Notes under the pieces: model-generated
The model's database searches: none
The model's input: only the letters and a program-made list of their open reading frames with translations
Told to the model about the DNA's origin: nothing
Position numbers and translations under genes: made by a program
Shown here: piece by piece, positions 20,451 to 29,869 of the stretch
How the letters are laid out: each line of letters opens with the position of its first letter
Position numbering within the stretch: position 1 is the first letter of the stretch
IMG/VR virus record: IMGVR_UViG_3300030117_005706
Span: 1 to 64,000 of that record
Source: a virus
Direction: 5' to 3' (one strand)
DNA length: 64,000 nucleotides

Positions 20451-21851
20451 ATGGCTGACGCATACAACAGAACGACAGGGCGATTTAGCGAAGCCCAATC
20501 AACTGTCATGAAGCGTGTTCGCAAGCCATCGTTTGTCGACAACGCTGTGCGCCACGCTACATACGTGTCGTCGGCTACCAAGCGTGTAGCAGGTTCACCT
20601 GTGCGTACAGACTTTGAGTCGTCGACCGACAAGACCTACACACTATCAGAAGAGGACGACACCATCCGAATCGAACACACCTCATCGGGTGGGAACAGAT
20701 TTAGGGGCGGTGTCTTTCATGGAGACGACCAGTTCGACGCTTCGTCGACTGTTCCATCGCTGTTCGTTAATGTTGACGACAGTAAACAACGCCTCGCACC
20801 ACATTCTATAGAAACAGCAACGAAAGGCACACGCATTCGCCTCAACAATCTCAAGGGTCGCAGCCTGATTGACATGGGATTCGACGGCAAGCGTTTGCAA
20901 ATCGCACAACCAGTAGCCGTCGGCCTTCGGACGAGTGATTTGGCTGAACGAATCGTCACTGAGGGTAGGAAAACACTCTCAGGTTTCCGTATTTCGGCAC
21001 CAAGCAACGTGTTTGTGGCAAAGAATATCAACAATGTGGATGCTTTGACTGCTTTGCGGTACTTAGCAAGGCACGATGGGTTCATGACAAAGGCTGATTC
21101 GCACGGAATGGTCAGTTATGTGCACCAATTACGTGGCAATCGGTCAGTTTACATCCATCAAGACATGGTCTCTGACGGTATTACAGAAGAAAACATGGAT
21201 GCAGCCCCGAATAGAGTCACTGTACGAGGAAAACGACGTGCAAACAACGATGATAACATCATTCAGGTCGACGATATTGAGTCTCAGAAGGATGGAGTGC
21301 GTGAAGTGCAGGGTGGTATCTTCGCACCGACAGCAAACAACCGCAATGCGACGAAAAACATCGGTCGAAAGTTCTTGGCTACCGCAAAACGTGCGAAAGG
21401 TGCCAAAATGCTGACGGGAACCATCAATTCGATGGCTGTGCGTGCTGGTGACATCGTTTCGTTCCAAGATATTGGCGAAAAGACTCAAGATATTGTTCTA
21501 CGAGTGCGTCACAACCTCACTGAGCGTCGTTCTGACATCAAAGTGTCATCGATTGAGGGTAGTTTGGAAGATTTGATACAACGAGCGCAAGAAGGTGACA
21601 TTTCTTCGATGTTTGACGACGGTCAAGAGGAAAAGCAGCAGGTCAAAGAGAAAAATTACGCTGTCAGCGCTACAATGACCGTCAAAACCACTTGGGTCAT
21701 CGCTGCAAGGCAAGTTCGACCCGAAGGGATGATAATTGGGCACCCTACAAGGGGATTGATTAAAGGAGATGGCTCAGTAGCCGAAGCAGACAACGCATTG
21801 TTGACGTTAGGGACATCTCAGTCGAAATGGATAGTAAAGGGGAATGGTTGA
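20451..21851 (+). CDS. Tail hub/baseplate protein (gpD/gp27-like)
   Basis: 466 aa; DALTALRYLA, NRVTVRG, GDIV..RVRH pattern typical of hub proteins. Confidence 0.55.
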   Translation: MADAYNRTTGRFSEAQSTVMKRVRKPSFVDNAVRHATYVSSATKRVAGSPVRTDFESSTDKTYTLSEEDDTIRIEHTSSGGNRFRGGVFHGDDQFDASSTVPSLFVNVDDSKQRLAPHSIETATKGTRIRLNNLKGRSLIDMGFDGKRLQIAQPVAVGLRTSDLAERIVTEGRKTLSGFRISAPSNVFVAKNINNVDALTALRYLARHDGFMTKADSHGMVSYVHQLRGNRSVYIHQDMVSDGITEENMDAAPNRVTVRGKRRANNDDNIIQVDDIESQKDGVREVQGGIFAPTANNRNATKNIGRKFLATAKRAKGAKMLTGTINSMAVRAGDIVSFQDIGEKTQDIVLRVRHNLTERRSDIKVSSIEGSLEDLIQRAQEGDISSMFDDGQEEKQQVKEKNYAVSATMTVKTTWVIAARQVRPEGMIIGHPTRGLIKGDGSVAEADNALLTLGTSQSKWIVKGNG

Positions 21852-22184
21852 ATGCCGTTATTAACATCAGGACATCGATTTGTAGTGGACAAGTTGGCTG
21901 AGGAGATTACACAGGTGGTCTTTGGCTTTGACGGAGGTATTGCCACCAGTGAAGATGGTGGAGCAGGTCGCCCAGCCGTAACAGTCACGCCAGTTGTCCG
22001 TATTGTCGACGACAACACCATATCGGTTGAGGCTAAACTCACAACCACTGATTCATTCGCCTTACCTCTCCGAGAGGTATGTATTCGCTCGGCTGACCGA
22101 GCATTGTTTCGATACACGTACGACGCAATTACCAAGTCAACCGACACGGAACTAATATTCTCAACAATCATCGAGGTGAACTAA
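21852..22184 (+). CDS. Tail fibre collar/attachment-like protein
   Basis: 110 aa; LTxxG...VFGFDGG...LREVCI...ITK pattern like tail-collar fibre N-terminal domains. Confidence 0.5.
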   Translation: MPLLTSGHRFVVDKLAEEITQVVFGFDGGIATSEDGGAGRPAVTVTPVVRIVDDNTISVEAKLTTTDSFALPLREVCIRSADRALFRYTYDAITKSTDTELIFSTIIEVN

Positions 22185-22185
22185 C

Positions 22186-23334
22186 ATGGTCAACCCACTA
22201 TCAGGACACACAACTGGACAAACTGTATCATCTGAGTCGTTGAAAGACGGAGCAGGGCTAACGAGCACATCACTTACCAATCTGTACGAAGGGTTGCACG
22301 GCAACGGTATCGTTCGACTCGATGACCGTGCCTACAACGACAGTAACCGTCAGAACACAGGTGCCAACACTGCTGGGCGTGTAGACGTAGCAGGTAGTGG
22401 AGCAGTGACCGTGTACGGTGGGTACGCAGTGCTTGGTGGCGTTTTGTACACCTTTGCCAACGGTCCAAACTCATCGAAGACCTACACCGCAGGTGACACT
22501 GCTTGGCATCTTGGTTCACTACCATCTGTGCCTTCAAACAATTCCGATGTGATTGTCACTGTTTACGTCGTCGCCGACAATAACACTGGCGTTGCAAACG
22601 TCAAACATCACTTCGGTACGCCTGTTGTAACATCGACGGGTACGCCTCTTACATCGACTACGTTCTTATCGGCACCCGGACCCACGAACAACCAAGAGGT
22701 CACGGTTCTCGCTGTCTTGCGATATACCATGACAGGTGGCGCAGCAAACGTTACTGCTTCGCTCAACACACCTACGGTCAGTGACAAGCGATGTTTGCTT
22801 AGCAACAGCCCGATGTACCTGACACCACTAACTTCGGGTGCTACGGGTGGCTACGCCAGTTCAGAAGCCATTGACCATGTCAACGGTTCTCTCGACACCA
22901 TGGACTCACGAATAAGTGGGTCTGAATCAGGAGCGTTCAACGCCTCGCCATTGGGTGCGGTGTGGCAAAGCCACAGCCCTGACGGGCACGCAGTCTTGTA
23001 CTACAGCGCTCGGCGAGACCAAGGAGGCTCGCCTGCTCGTAACACGTGGAGACTCGCACCGAACGAGGTCAAGGTTATTTCAACTGCATCAAATCAGACG
23101 TTTACGTTTGATGGACCCAACATTTGGATAATTACGACCTCAGGTAACATCACACTCAACCCGTCAGGTACATTCCCTCACGGTCATACAATTGAAGTGT
23201 ATCATGCTGCGGGAAGCAACAACTTGAATTTTGATGCCACTGGAATCAACGTCAACGTAACAATCAACCTGTATGGTAAGTTCGTTTACACTGGTTCAGC
23301 ATGGGCAAAACTCGACTTGCATACGGTGAGTTGA
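22186..23334 (+). CDS. Tail fibre/receptor-binding protein
   Basis: 382 aa, G/T/S/N-rich beta composition; GAGGTGA SD; end of tail module. Confidence 0.55.
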   Translation: MVNPLSGHTTGQTVSSESLKDGAGLTSTSLTNLYEGLHGNGIVRLDDRAYNDSNRQNTGANTAGRVDVAGSGAVTVYGGYAVLGGVLYTFANGPNSSKTYTAGDTAWHLGSLPSVPSNNSDVIVTVYVVADNNTGVANVKHHFGTPVVTSTGTPLTSTTFLSAPGPTNNQEVTVLAVLRYTMTGGAANVTASLNTPTVSDKRCLLSNSPMYLTPLTSGATGGYASSEAIDHVNGSLDTMDSRISGSESGAFNASPLGAVWQSHSPDGHAVLYYSARRDQGGSPARNTWRLAPNEVKVISTASNQTFTFDGPNIWIITTSGNITLNPSGTFPHGHTIEVYHAAGSNNLNFDATGINVNVTINLYGKFVYTGSAWAKLDLHTVS

Positions 23335-23615
23335 TGGGTGAACTGATTGACCAACTAATGCAGACGTGTGAAGTCTGTAAGACGACAGCGTTACCATTGT
23401 CTATATCAGGCAAATACACCACAGGCTCAGCGATAGTGTTGCATGAGTGTCCCAACTGTGGCTATATCCGTAAGCACGGTGGCTTGGGTCCGATAGCCGA
23501 GCGAGCGTCTCTTTCCAACATACGCAAACGGCTGAAAAAGTCAGGGCATGGACAAATGTCATTGCTGCTACTGCGCCATGCACAGGACACTATCATCAAT
23601 CAGCGGACGCATTAG
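23334..23615 (+). CDS. Small Zn-ribbon protein
   Basis: ATG 23334 overlapping the previous stop; CEVC...CPNCG. Confidence 0.6.
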   Translation: MGELIDQLMQTCEVCKTTALPLSISGKYTTGSAIVLHECPNCGYIRKHGGLGPIAERASLSNIRKRLKKSGHGQMSLLLLRHAQDTIINQRTH

Positions 23616-23872
23616 TATCGCTTGAGGTTCGGGTAGTTGGCCGTAAAGCAATCTTCGCACAGCGGAAAATGAAGACCACCCTCATTGTTTCTCAGTGACC
23701 CTATTCTCCACAATTTTATTTTTGCTCTTTTCTCGCAACCTGACATATAACAGGCGTATTCTGCTGGACCTGCACCGTCCCATAGTATTCTCACATACGA
23801 TGCCCCGTCATCGCTTTTGTAAATGTGCCTGCCCGTTTTATCTTTCTGACCTGTACGTAATTTTTGTTTCAC
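23612..23872 (-). CDS. Hypothetical protein (Cys pairs)
   Basis: 86-aa ORF downstream of the thermosome gene; CYMSGC, CEDC. Confidence 0.5.
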   Translation of the reverse strand: MKQKLRTGQKDKTGRHIYKSDDGASYVRILWDGAGPAEYACYMSGCEKRAKIKLWRIGSLRNNEGGLHFPLCEDCFTANYPNLKRY

Positions 23873-23880
23873 GCAATCAC

Positions 23881-25374
23881 CTATTCGTCAGACTTTTTGC
23901 CGATGATGTCATCAATACGAAGAATGCTGATGCTAACTTCGCTTGCGGACAGGATTGCCTGCCTTACCAAGCCGACTGGCTCCCATACGTTTGCCTCAAT
24001 CATAGAGCAAGTGCCACCGTTCTCGATGTCAGGACCTGCGTCTTGATTACCTTGTTGGTGCTCATTGCGTAGAGCAAGGATGGTGTCCAAAGGCACGAAC
24101 CCTGCGTTCTCAGCGATGGTAGCAGGGATGGTCTCTAAGGCGTCAGCAAACGCTTCGATAGCCATCTGTGCTCGGCCACCAATCTCAGCAGCACGGCTGC
24201 GGAGGTTGAGCGCTGCGCCGACGTAGGATGAGCCACCACCAGTGACGACCCTGCCACTGTTGTAGGCAAGGCATACTACGCCGAGAGCATCATCGAACCC
24301 ACGTTCCGTCTCGTCGAGAGTCTGACGCGTAGCACCACGCAATACGAGCGTAGTCACGTTGCCATCACCCTTGACGATGATGTAGTCCATGTCACCAACA
24401 GTCGTTTGTACGACTGAGGCATCTGAGGCTGTCAGAACACCATCAACCGAATGGCTGACTGTCGTGCCCAGTAATGTAGCCATGGCATCGAGGTCGCTTG
24501 GTGGAACACGATGGGCTACGCTGATGTTGTTCTTAGCGAGTAGGGCTGCTACGAGTTCACTGACGCTGTCACGACAGAACACGGCGCCACCTTTTGGCAA
24601 CTGCTCGACGATTGCATCGACCTTACCTTGCCAAAGGTCCTTGTCAGCATACTGCTTGTAGGACTTGATGTCGCTGACGCTTTGTAGGTTGACCTGCACG
24701 CCTTCTTCTTTCTTGGCTGACAAGCCAGTGTTGATGAGAAGTACTCGCCCCTCAGGTTCGGTTGGCATGTTCGGCGTCAAGAATGTCTGATTGAGCATGA
24801 CACCACCAAAGCAATGCGAATCATCGAGTGAACCACCCGGTTGCCCAATGACACGAATGCGCTTGATGTCACCCTTCGCTTGTTCCGCTGCCTCAACACA
24901 CAGCGCTGATACATGTTCCATGCTTGTCTCAAGTGACTTGCCAGTGATGGCTGTCTTTGCTACGTGATTGAGATATTCCTTTGCATCAACCGCAGTGCTT
25001 TCGATGTGGTCAACTGCCCACTTTGCTGCCTGACGATACCCCTTACAGATAATGTTAGAGTGTAGCCCTTTGTCGAACAGAGGTTCACTGTTGCCGAGCA
25101 AAGAACCCGCCAATACGGTTGTTGTTGTTGTACCGTCATAGCACATGCTTTCTTGCGTGTTTGCTGCTTCAACAATCATCTTTGCACCGGGATGTCCGAT
25201 GTCAAGTTGCTGTAGGATAGTCGCACCATCGTTTGTTACGATGACGTTCCCACCTCCATCAACCATCATTTTGTCCATACCCGCTGGACCCAACGTCGAC
25301 CGAACGGTGTCGGCGATAAGTTTGGCTGCTCGGATGTTGTTGCTTTGTGCTGTTTGTTTCTTTTCTCCAGTCAT
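23881..25374 (-). CDS. ths: Group II chaperonin (thermosome subunit)
   Basis: STLGPAGMDKM, VTNDGATIL, DGTTT, TLVLRG, GGGSSY, SILRIDDII motifs. Confidence 0.97.
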   Translation of the reverse strand: MTGEKKQTAQSNNIRAAKLIADTVRSTLGPAGMDKMMVDGGGNVIVTNDGATILQQLDIGHPGAKMIVEAANTQESMCYDGTTTTTVLAGSLLGNSEPLFDKGLHSNIICKGYRQAAKWAVDHIESTAVDAKEYLNHVAKTAITGKSLETSMEHVSALCVEAAEQAKGDIKRIRVIGQPGGSLDDSHCFGGVMLNQTFLTPNMPTEPEGRVLLINTGLSAKKEEGVQVNLQSVSDIKSYKQYADKDLWQGKVDAIVEQLPKGGAVFCRDSVSELVAALLAKNNISVAHRVPPSDLDAMATLLGTTVSHSVDGVLTASDASVVQTTVGDMDYIIVKGDGNVTTLVLRGATRQTLDETERGFDDALGVVCLAYNSGRVVTGGGSSYVGAALNLRSRAAEIGGRAQMAIEAFADALETIPATIAENAGFVPLDTILALRNEHQQGNQDAGPDIENGGTCSMIEANVWEPVGLVRQAILSASEVSISILRIDDIIGKKSDE

Positions 25375-25385
25375 GTTTGTCCCTC

Positions 25386-25997
25386 TTACCATGTCACCTC
25401 ATATTCAGTGACGGCTCCTGACTCTCGGCATCTTGCCTTGACGAAGCCTTCTTGGTGACCGTGATTCCACAACTCATAGGACAGTTGTGCGTCCTTCAAG
25501 CAATACTCGGCTACTTTGCCGTAGTTGCCTTTGCGCCATTCGATTGGCGCTTCTTCGCTTCGCATGATTTTGTCACTCCCTAAGGTGTGACGACATGCAT
25601 CGGATAGTGGTATGCGTTGCCTTGCTGCGCTTCGCAACAAGACAGACGTGTCAATAATGTGTTCCTTTGATTTAGAAAGAGCATCGCCTGCTGCCCAACA
25701 GTCGAGGCTATCCCGTAAAACGGGAAGGTCGAAGTTCATTAGGTTGTGACCGACGATACGACCCCCTTTGGCGATGTGGTTCGACAAGTCCTTACCCAAT
25801 GTCTCAGGGTGCAGTTCTTTGAGCACCACGCCATCGGGTAAGAACTTCTTAGCCTCAGACTTGTTGCAGTACACAACACCCTCAGAACCGTTCCACGTCG
25901 CTACGACGGTTGGCTCAAACATGTGCGTGTTGTTCCACCCGCCAATCTCATGAGAATAGTTCTCAGTCTCGATGTCGAGTGCCATTACGTCGCTCAT
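25386..25997 (-). CDS. DEDD/RNase H-like 3'-5' exonuclease
   Basis: ALDIETE, GHNLMNFDLPVL, YCLKDAQL. Confidence 0.85.
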   Translation of the reverse strand: MSDVMALDIETENYSHEIGGWNNTHMFEPTVVATWNGSEGVVYCNKSEAKKFLPDGVVLKELHPETLGKDLSNHIAKGGRIVGHNLMNFDLPVLRDSLDCWAAGDALSKSKEHIIDTSVLLRSAARQRIPLSDACRHTLGSDKIMRSEEAPIEWRKGNYGKVAEYCLKDAQLSYELWNHGHQEGFVKARCRESGAVTEYEVTW

Positions 25998-26149
25998 GCT
26001 ATCAGTTCCTTTATCTCGATTATCTGTTGGATGGTCTCTTGCAAGACGCCCCTACATGGCTCACAGACACAGACTTCTTTGTTCCTTCGGTAGCCGAGCA
26101 ACAGGAGTGCTGACTCGTCAGGGTCATGACACACGAAACATTCACGCAT
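25994..26149 (-). CDS. Small Zn-finger protein
   Basis: Likely start MRECFVCH at 26149 after a GGAGG SD; CxxC...CxxC. Confidence 0.55.
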   Translation of the reverse strand: MRECFVCHDPDESALLLLGYRRNKEVCVCEPCRGVLQETIQQIIEIKELIA

Positions 26150-27560
26150 CGTCTCCCTCCTTGAACTTGAGATGCTCTTTACGTAGTCGGACATACTTGC
26201 GTCGACTCTCGCTCGTCTCTTCAAATAGTTTCGCACCGAATTGATTGTACTTGGTGTTGATTGAGTTATCGCTGCTGAGGTTCATATCCTGACCGAACAT
26301 GTTGAAGAGGTCACGCTTCTTGACCCATCCTTCACCACGGTTGTCATCGAAGTCGAATCGCTCCGAACGCTTGTAGGCCATCTTCCATGCTTGCTCGACG
26401 TTCTTACGGTCTTTGTGAGCCATACCCACCTTAACCTCAGATTCAAGCCACTGAATCAGATTGCTGTATAGGTCATACAGAATCTCTTTTGCCATATCGA
26501 TATGGTCACCACGAACGACCCACGTTCCCTCAAGCATCGCCATGTGGTGTGCCAAGACATTCGTATAGTTCTGTAGCCCCATAATGAACGATGCACAGAC
26601 AGATTGCTTATGCGGGTCCATGTTCTCGACAAGGTAGTAGTACTCGTCGATGGCCCCAATCAGTGCAGGTACGTAACCGTCATCAATTGTGAACAGTTCG
26701 TCCATGACCTCCATCGCCCATCCCTCTTGCGTATCATCGTCGGCATCGTCCCATTGCATGGGTTGTATACCCACAAGTTCGCATACTCTTCGCTTGAGTG
26801 AAAGTTGTAAGTCATTGAAGTAGTCAACAATCTCCCTGTACTTGATGTCGTGCTTCGTCCTATTGTGCACGCTTGCAGCGAGTTCGTGTGCTACTCTGCG
26901 TTTCATGTCCAGTGTCCACTCACGCCAATACAGCAAAACACGTTGAAAGATACCCTTGTCGAGAACGTGCTCTTTGATACCCTTCGGTGGGAATGTCGTA
27001 ATCCATAGACTGACCTCCGACTTGATTGTGATTGTTCCGTCACGCAGGTGCTTGGTCAGTATGTTCCGACCTGTACCTGCGGAGTTGAGTGCTGATTGAA
27101 GGAACAAGACAGTTCCTTCCGAATGCTGATTGGGCTTGAGTAGGATTGAACCTTCATCGAAGTTCATGCCCTTCCGACCCGCAAGCACACCCGGTCGTTG
27201 GACAGGTGGCTCGCCTTGTTCTTCTTGAACAAACGACCCCACGAGTGCTGCATCTGTACCCGTCGAATAGTCGACGACATCTAACCCTGAGTCTTTCATT
27301 ACTTTTTGAATGACCTCAAAGGCTACAGATTTACCAGTACGTGTGTCTTGAATCCAAAACACACTCACTCTCGGACATAAGTTGCTTCCTCCGACTGGAA
27401 TGCGAACGTATGGTAACGCTGCTTGTCCCAGTATGAAAAAGAACGACAGTAGTCCGGGGATTTCGTTGTTCTTACTTACTTCTTTGAAGTGGCTCAAGTA
27501 CCCCTTTAGTATGGGATAGCGTGAAACCGCCTCATATTTGTCTGCTCGGTGTTCTATCAT
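26142..27560 (-). CDS. MCM-like AAA+ helicase (divergent)
   Basis: Walker A TRTGKS, TDAALVGS, PGVLAGRKGMNFDE (MCM-type Walker B region), FQR arginine finger. Confidence 0.7.
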   Translation of the reverse strand: MIEHRADKYEAVSRYPILKGYLSHFKEVSKNNEIPGLLSFFFILGQAALPYVRIPVGGSNLCPRVSVFWIQDTRTGKSVAFEVIQKVMKDSGLDVVDYSTGTDAALVGSFVQEEQGEPPVQRPGVLAGRKGMNFDEGSILLKPNQHSEGTVLFLQSALNSAGTGRNILTKHLRDGTITIKSEVSLWITTFPPKGIKEHVLDKGIFQRVLLYWREWTLDMKRRVAHELAASVHNRTKHDIKYREIVDYFNDLQLSLKRRVCELVGIQPMQWDDADDDTQEGWAMEVMDELFTIDDGYVPALIGAIDEYYYLVENMDPHKQSVCASFIMGLQNYTNVLAHHMAMLEGTWVVRGDHIDMAKEILYDLYSNLIQWLESEVKVGMAHKDRKNVEQAWKMAYKRSERFDFDDNRGEGWVKKRDLFNMFGQDMNLSSDNSINTKYNQFGAKLFEETSESRRKYVRLRKEHLKFKEGDDA

Positions 27561-28272
27561 TTTGTTCCCTCTTCTTCTTTGTTGTCCGTTCAACACGGAC
27601 GGGTTCCTCGCTCGTTAGAACGTCTATTAAACGCTTTCGTAGGGTAGGCCCCATACCCTTCACTGTTTTCAGTGATTCTTGGAAAAGCATCTCTTCGATG
27701 CTCCCACATTTTTCTAACAGTTTCACGACCAAATCAGGTCCGAAACCCGGAATTGCATTGAGCATGTCAGCACGAACATCGTTGGTGCTAACTCTCGTAA
27801 CAGCACGTGCACCGTGCCGTGAGGCAGGCTTGTGTGCTTTCTTGTGTAATTTGACGATGAACATCGCCGCTTCGACATGGTCTTTGGCCTTGTAAATGTG
27901 GCAATCAAAGTCAGCCATGATGCGAGCAAACGTGCCCATCAGTTCGTTCGTAACTCGTGAGTAGTTGGCTTTCGCTCCTCGATTCTGAGCCATTTTGACG
28001 TATTTTGCTATGTCGCCATGGACAACCAAAAACACTCGGTCGCAGTTCGCATCGAGGTTGTCGAGTTGTCGCCATAGATGACCACTGTGGCTCGATTGAA
28101 AGAAATCGCTGAGGCTTTTGCACTCAACGTGCCCCGCACCTACTTTGTAGTCTCCCATACCGTTAAGGAACTGGGACTTGACGAGCACACCCTCCTTACT
28201 TGCCATACGATGTATGGCTTCGCACAGCGAGCCTCGTTCGTTACTATCAACTATCAGTGGCGGTACGCTCAT
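27532..28272 (-). CDS. XPF/ERCC4 endonuclease with HhH domain
   Basis: IVDSNE, GDY, VECKSLSDF; C-terminal IPGFGP and VKGMGP HhH pair. Confidence 0.9.
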   Translation of the reverse strand: MSVPPLIVDSNERGSLCEAIHRMASKEGVLVKSQFLNGMGDYKVGAGHVECKSLSDFFQSSHSGHLWRQLDNLDANCDRVFLVVHGDIAKYVKMAQNRGAKANYSRVTNELMGTFARIMADFDCHIYKAKDHVEAAMFIVKLHKKAHKPASRHGARAVTRVSTNDVRADMLNAIPGFGPDLVVKLLEKCGSIEEMLFQESLKTVKGMGPTLRKRLIDVLTSEEPVRVERTTKKKREQNDRTPSRQI

Positions 28273-28510
28273 CCTTATCCCTCACTTTGTACAAATTGAC
28301 TTTACTACTGTTGCCCCCTATAGAGAATGAGCCACACACTTCAATCTCGTTTTTCAGACGTTTATTGATGAGTTGACTGACCGATGCCGAAGTCAAACCT
28401 GACTGACGTGGAGCCAATGAAACTATTTCATTAGCACTGATGGGTCTGCTCTGTTCTCTGATAATTTTCATGACAATATCCATCTTCGTTTTCTGTCCAC
28501 CTTTACGCAT
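28247..28510 (-). CDS. Winged-helix DNA-binding protein
   Basis: PISANEIV...TSASVSQLI helix-turn-helix pattern; ATG 28510. Confidence 0.55.
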   Translation of the reverse strand: MRKGGQKTKMDIVMKIIREQSRPISANEIVSLAPRQSGLTSASVSQLINKRLKNEIEVCGSFSIGGNSSKVNLYKVRDKDERTATDS

Positions 28511-29612
28511 CCGTCGTCGCCTCCTTGATAGCGCCGGTCTTATCCCAGTACCGGCATTTTCCAATACACAGTCCTTTCTGCCATAAGGATTTACACGTTT
28601 GTGGATAGTCCTTACCGACGATTGTGCTCACTTGGTATCGCGTTACACCCAAGTCTTGGTCAGCCCATTGCAGGCTCATCAGGAACTCGACAATTTCTTC
28701 GGCGTGTCCTTGTAGTTGGTCAGGTGAAAAGCGATGCACTGGGAAGAAGTTTCTCTTTCGTGCAGCCAAATACTTCACCAGTTGAACACGGGCGTCATGA
28801 CTTGGGTTTCCTCCCACTTGGCAGGCTGCCTGATTCAGACAAGGCAAGATGATAACGTCGTTCATACGAACAGTCGCTACATCCAATGGCTTGGCATTAG
28901 GGTCGAATACTTGGAGTGATTCAGTCACCTTTCTGACCTTCAACTCAATACCTTTCTCCCCATAGGAGATGGTGCCGTGAGACGGTTCCATGGCCTTCTG
29001 TAAGATGTGGTGATACCCGCCCTCCAAATCTTCGGTGGTCAATGGTATGCTCCAGTACCCACGCTTAGCGTTGTATGAGTTCGGTATTCTGATTAAGCCA
29101 CTTGTGTCAAATGGCACAGCAGGGTCACAACAATACAAGTCAAATCGCTTTACCCAGTCGTTGACCAACTGCATACCTGATTCTCGCAAGGCGGACAGTT
29201 GCCCACCAGTGCTTGGCATGTGGCGGTTGGCTAAGTGAACCCACACGTGATAGCCTCCACCGCTAAACCACACGGCGTGTGATATGTTTTCCTCAATCAG
29301 AAACCGATGCAGTCGTAGTGTTTGCTCAAGGGGTATGTGTGGCTGAACCTCAGCCCCCTTGTCCTTGAAGTTCTTCGGGTCGAAGTCGAGAACGAAGTGT
29401 CGAACGATTGGTGTCTGTAAGTCGACACGCCGATGGTGTGGGGCTTGTGTACCCCGATAGCCATAGACTGTCATGTATGCGTTCGACACGCCATTCTTAC
29501 CACGCCAGTATCGTTCAAACGAACCCTTACTGTCGACCAACTTACGATAGCCCCGACCTTGTTCTGTGCTTAGTTCAAGTACCTCTCTTGGAAAGTCGAA
29601 GTGTATTTTCAT
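28503..29612 (-). CDS. priS: Archaeo-eukaryotic primase, PriS fused to a PriL-like C-terminal Cys domain
   Basis: LDFD, SGGGYHVW, LIRIPNSYN; C-terminal LPCL, HDAR, TRYQV, CKSL..KGLC..C. Confidence 0.9.
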   Translation of the reverse strand: MKIHFDFPREVLELSTEQGRGYRKLVDSKGSFERYWRGKNGVSNAYMTVYGYRGTQAPHHRRVDLQTPIVRHFVLDFDPKNFKDKGAEVQPHIPLEQTLRLHRFLIEENISHAVWFSGGGYHVWVHLANRHMPSTGGQLSALRESGMQLVNDWVKRFDLYCCDPAVPFDTSGLIRIPNSYNAKRGYWSIPLTTEDLEGGYHHILQKAMEPSHGTISYGEKGIELKVRKVTESLQVFDPNAKPLDVATVRMNDVIILPCLNQAACQVGGNPSHDARVQLVKYLAARKRNFFPVHRFSPDQLQGHAEEIVEFLMSLQWADQDLGVTRYQVSTIVGKDYPQTCKSLWQKGLCIGKCRYWDKTGAIKEATTDA

Positions 29613-29869
29613 ACCGTTCCTCTCCTCTTCTTCATGTACATGTAAATGTCCCTCATTGCATCGTGCATGTCCGCAGGGTCGATAAGTACACGGTTGTTGA
29701 GACTGACCAATGCTATCGCTGGAAAGCGTTCGCCGTTGATGACCATCTCATCCTGAGTCATGATGGTCATGACCTTCTCTTGCATCGCAAAAGCGACTGA
29801 GCACTCCACGCCAAATACAGCCGATACCCAATACTCAACACAGCGTTTGACTGATTCAGCCGCTTGCAT
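29609..29869 (-). CDS. Hypothetical protein
   Basis: ORF translationally coupled within the replication operon; likely start MQAAES. Confidence 0.55.
   Translation of the reverse strand: MQAAESVKRCVEYWVSAVFGVECSVAFAMQEKVMTIMTQDEMVINGERFPAIALVSLNNRVLIDPADMHDAMRDIYMYMKKRRGTV

Noticed and set aside
3953-23334. Diversity-generating retroelement targeting tail genes
   Set aside because: No reverse transcriptase, and no template/variable repeat pair differing at adenines
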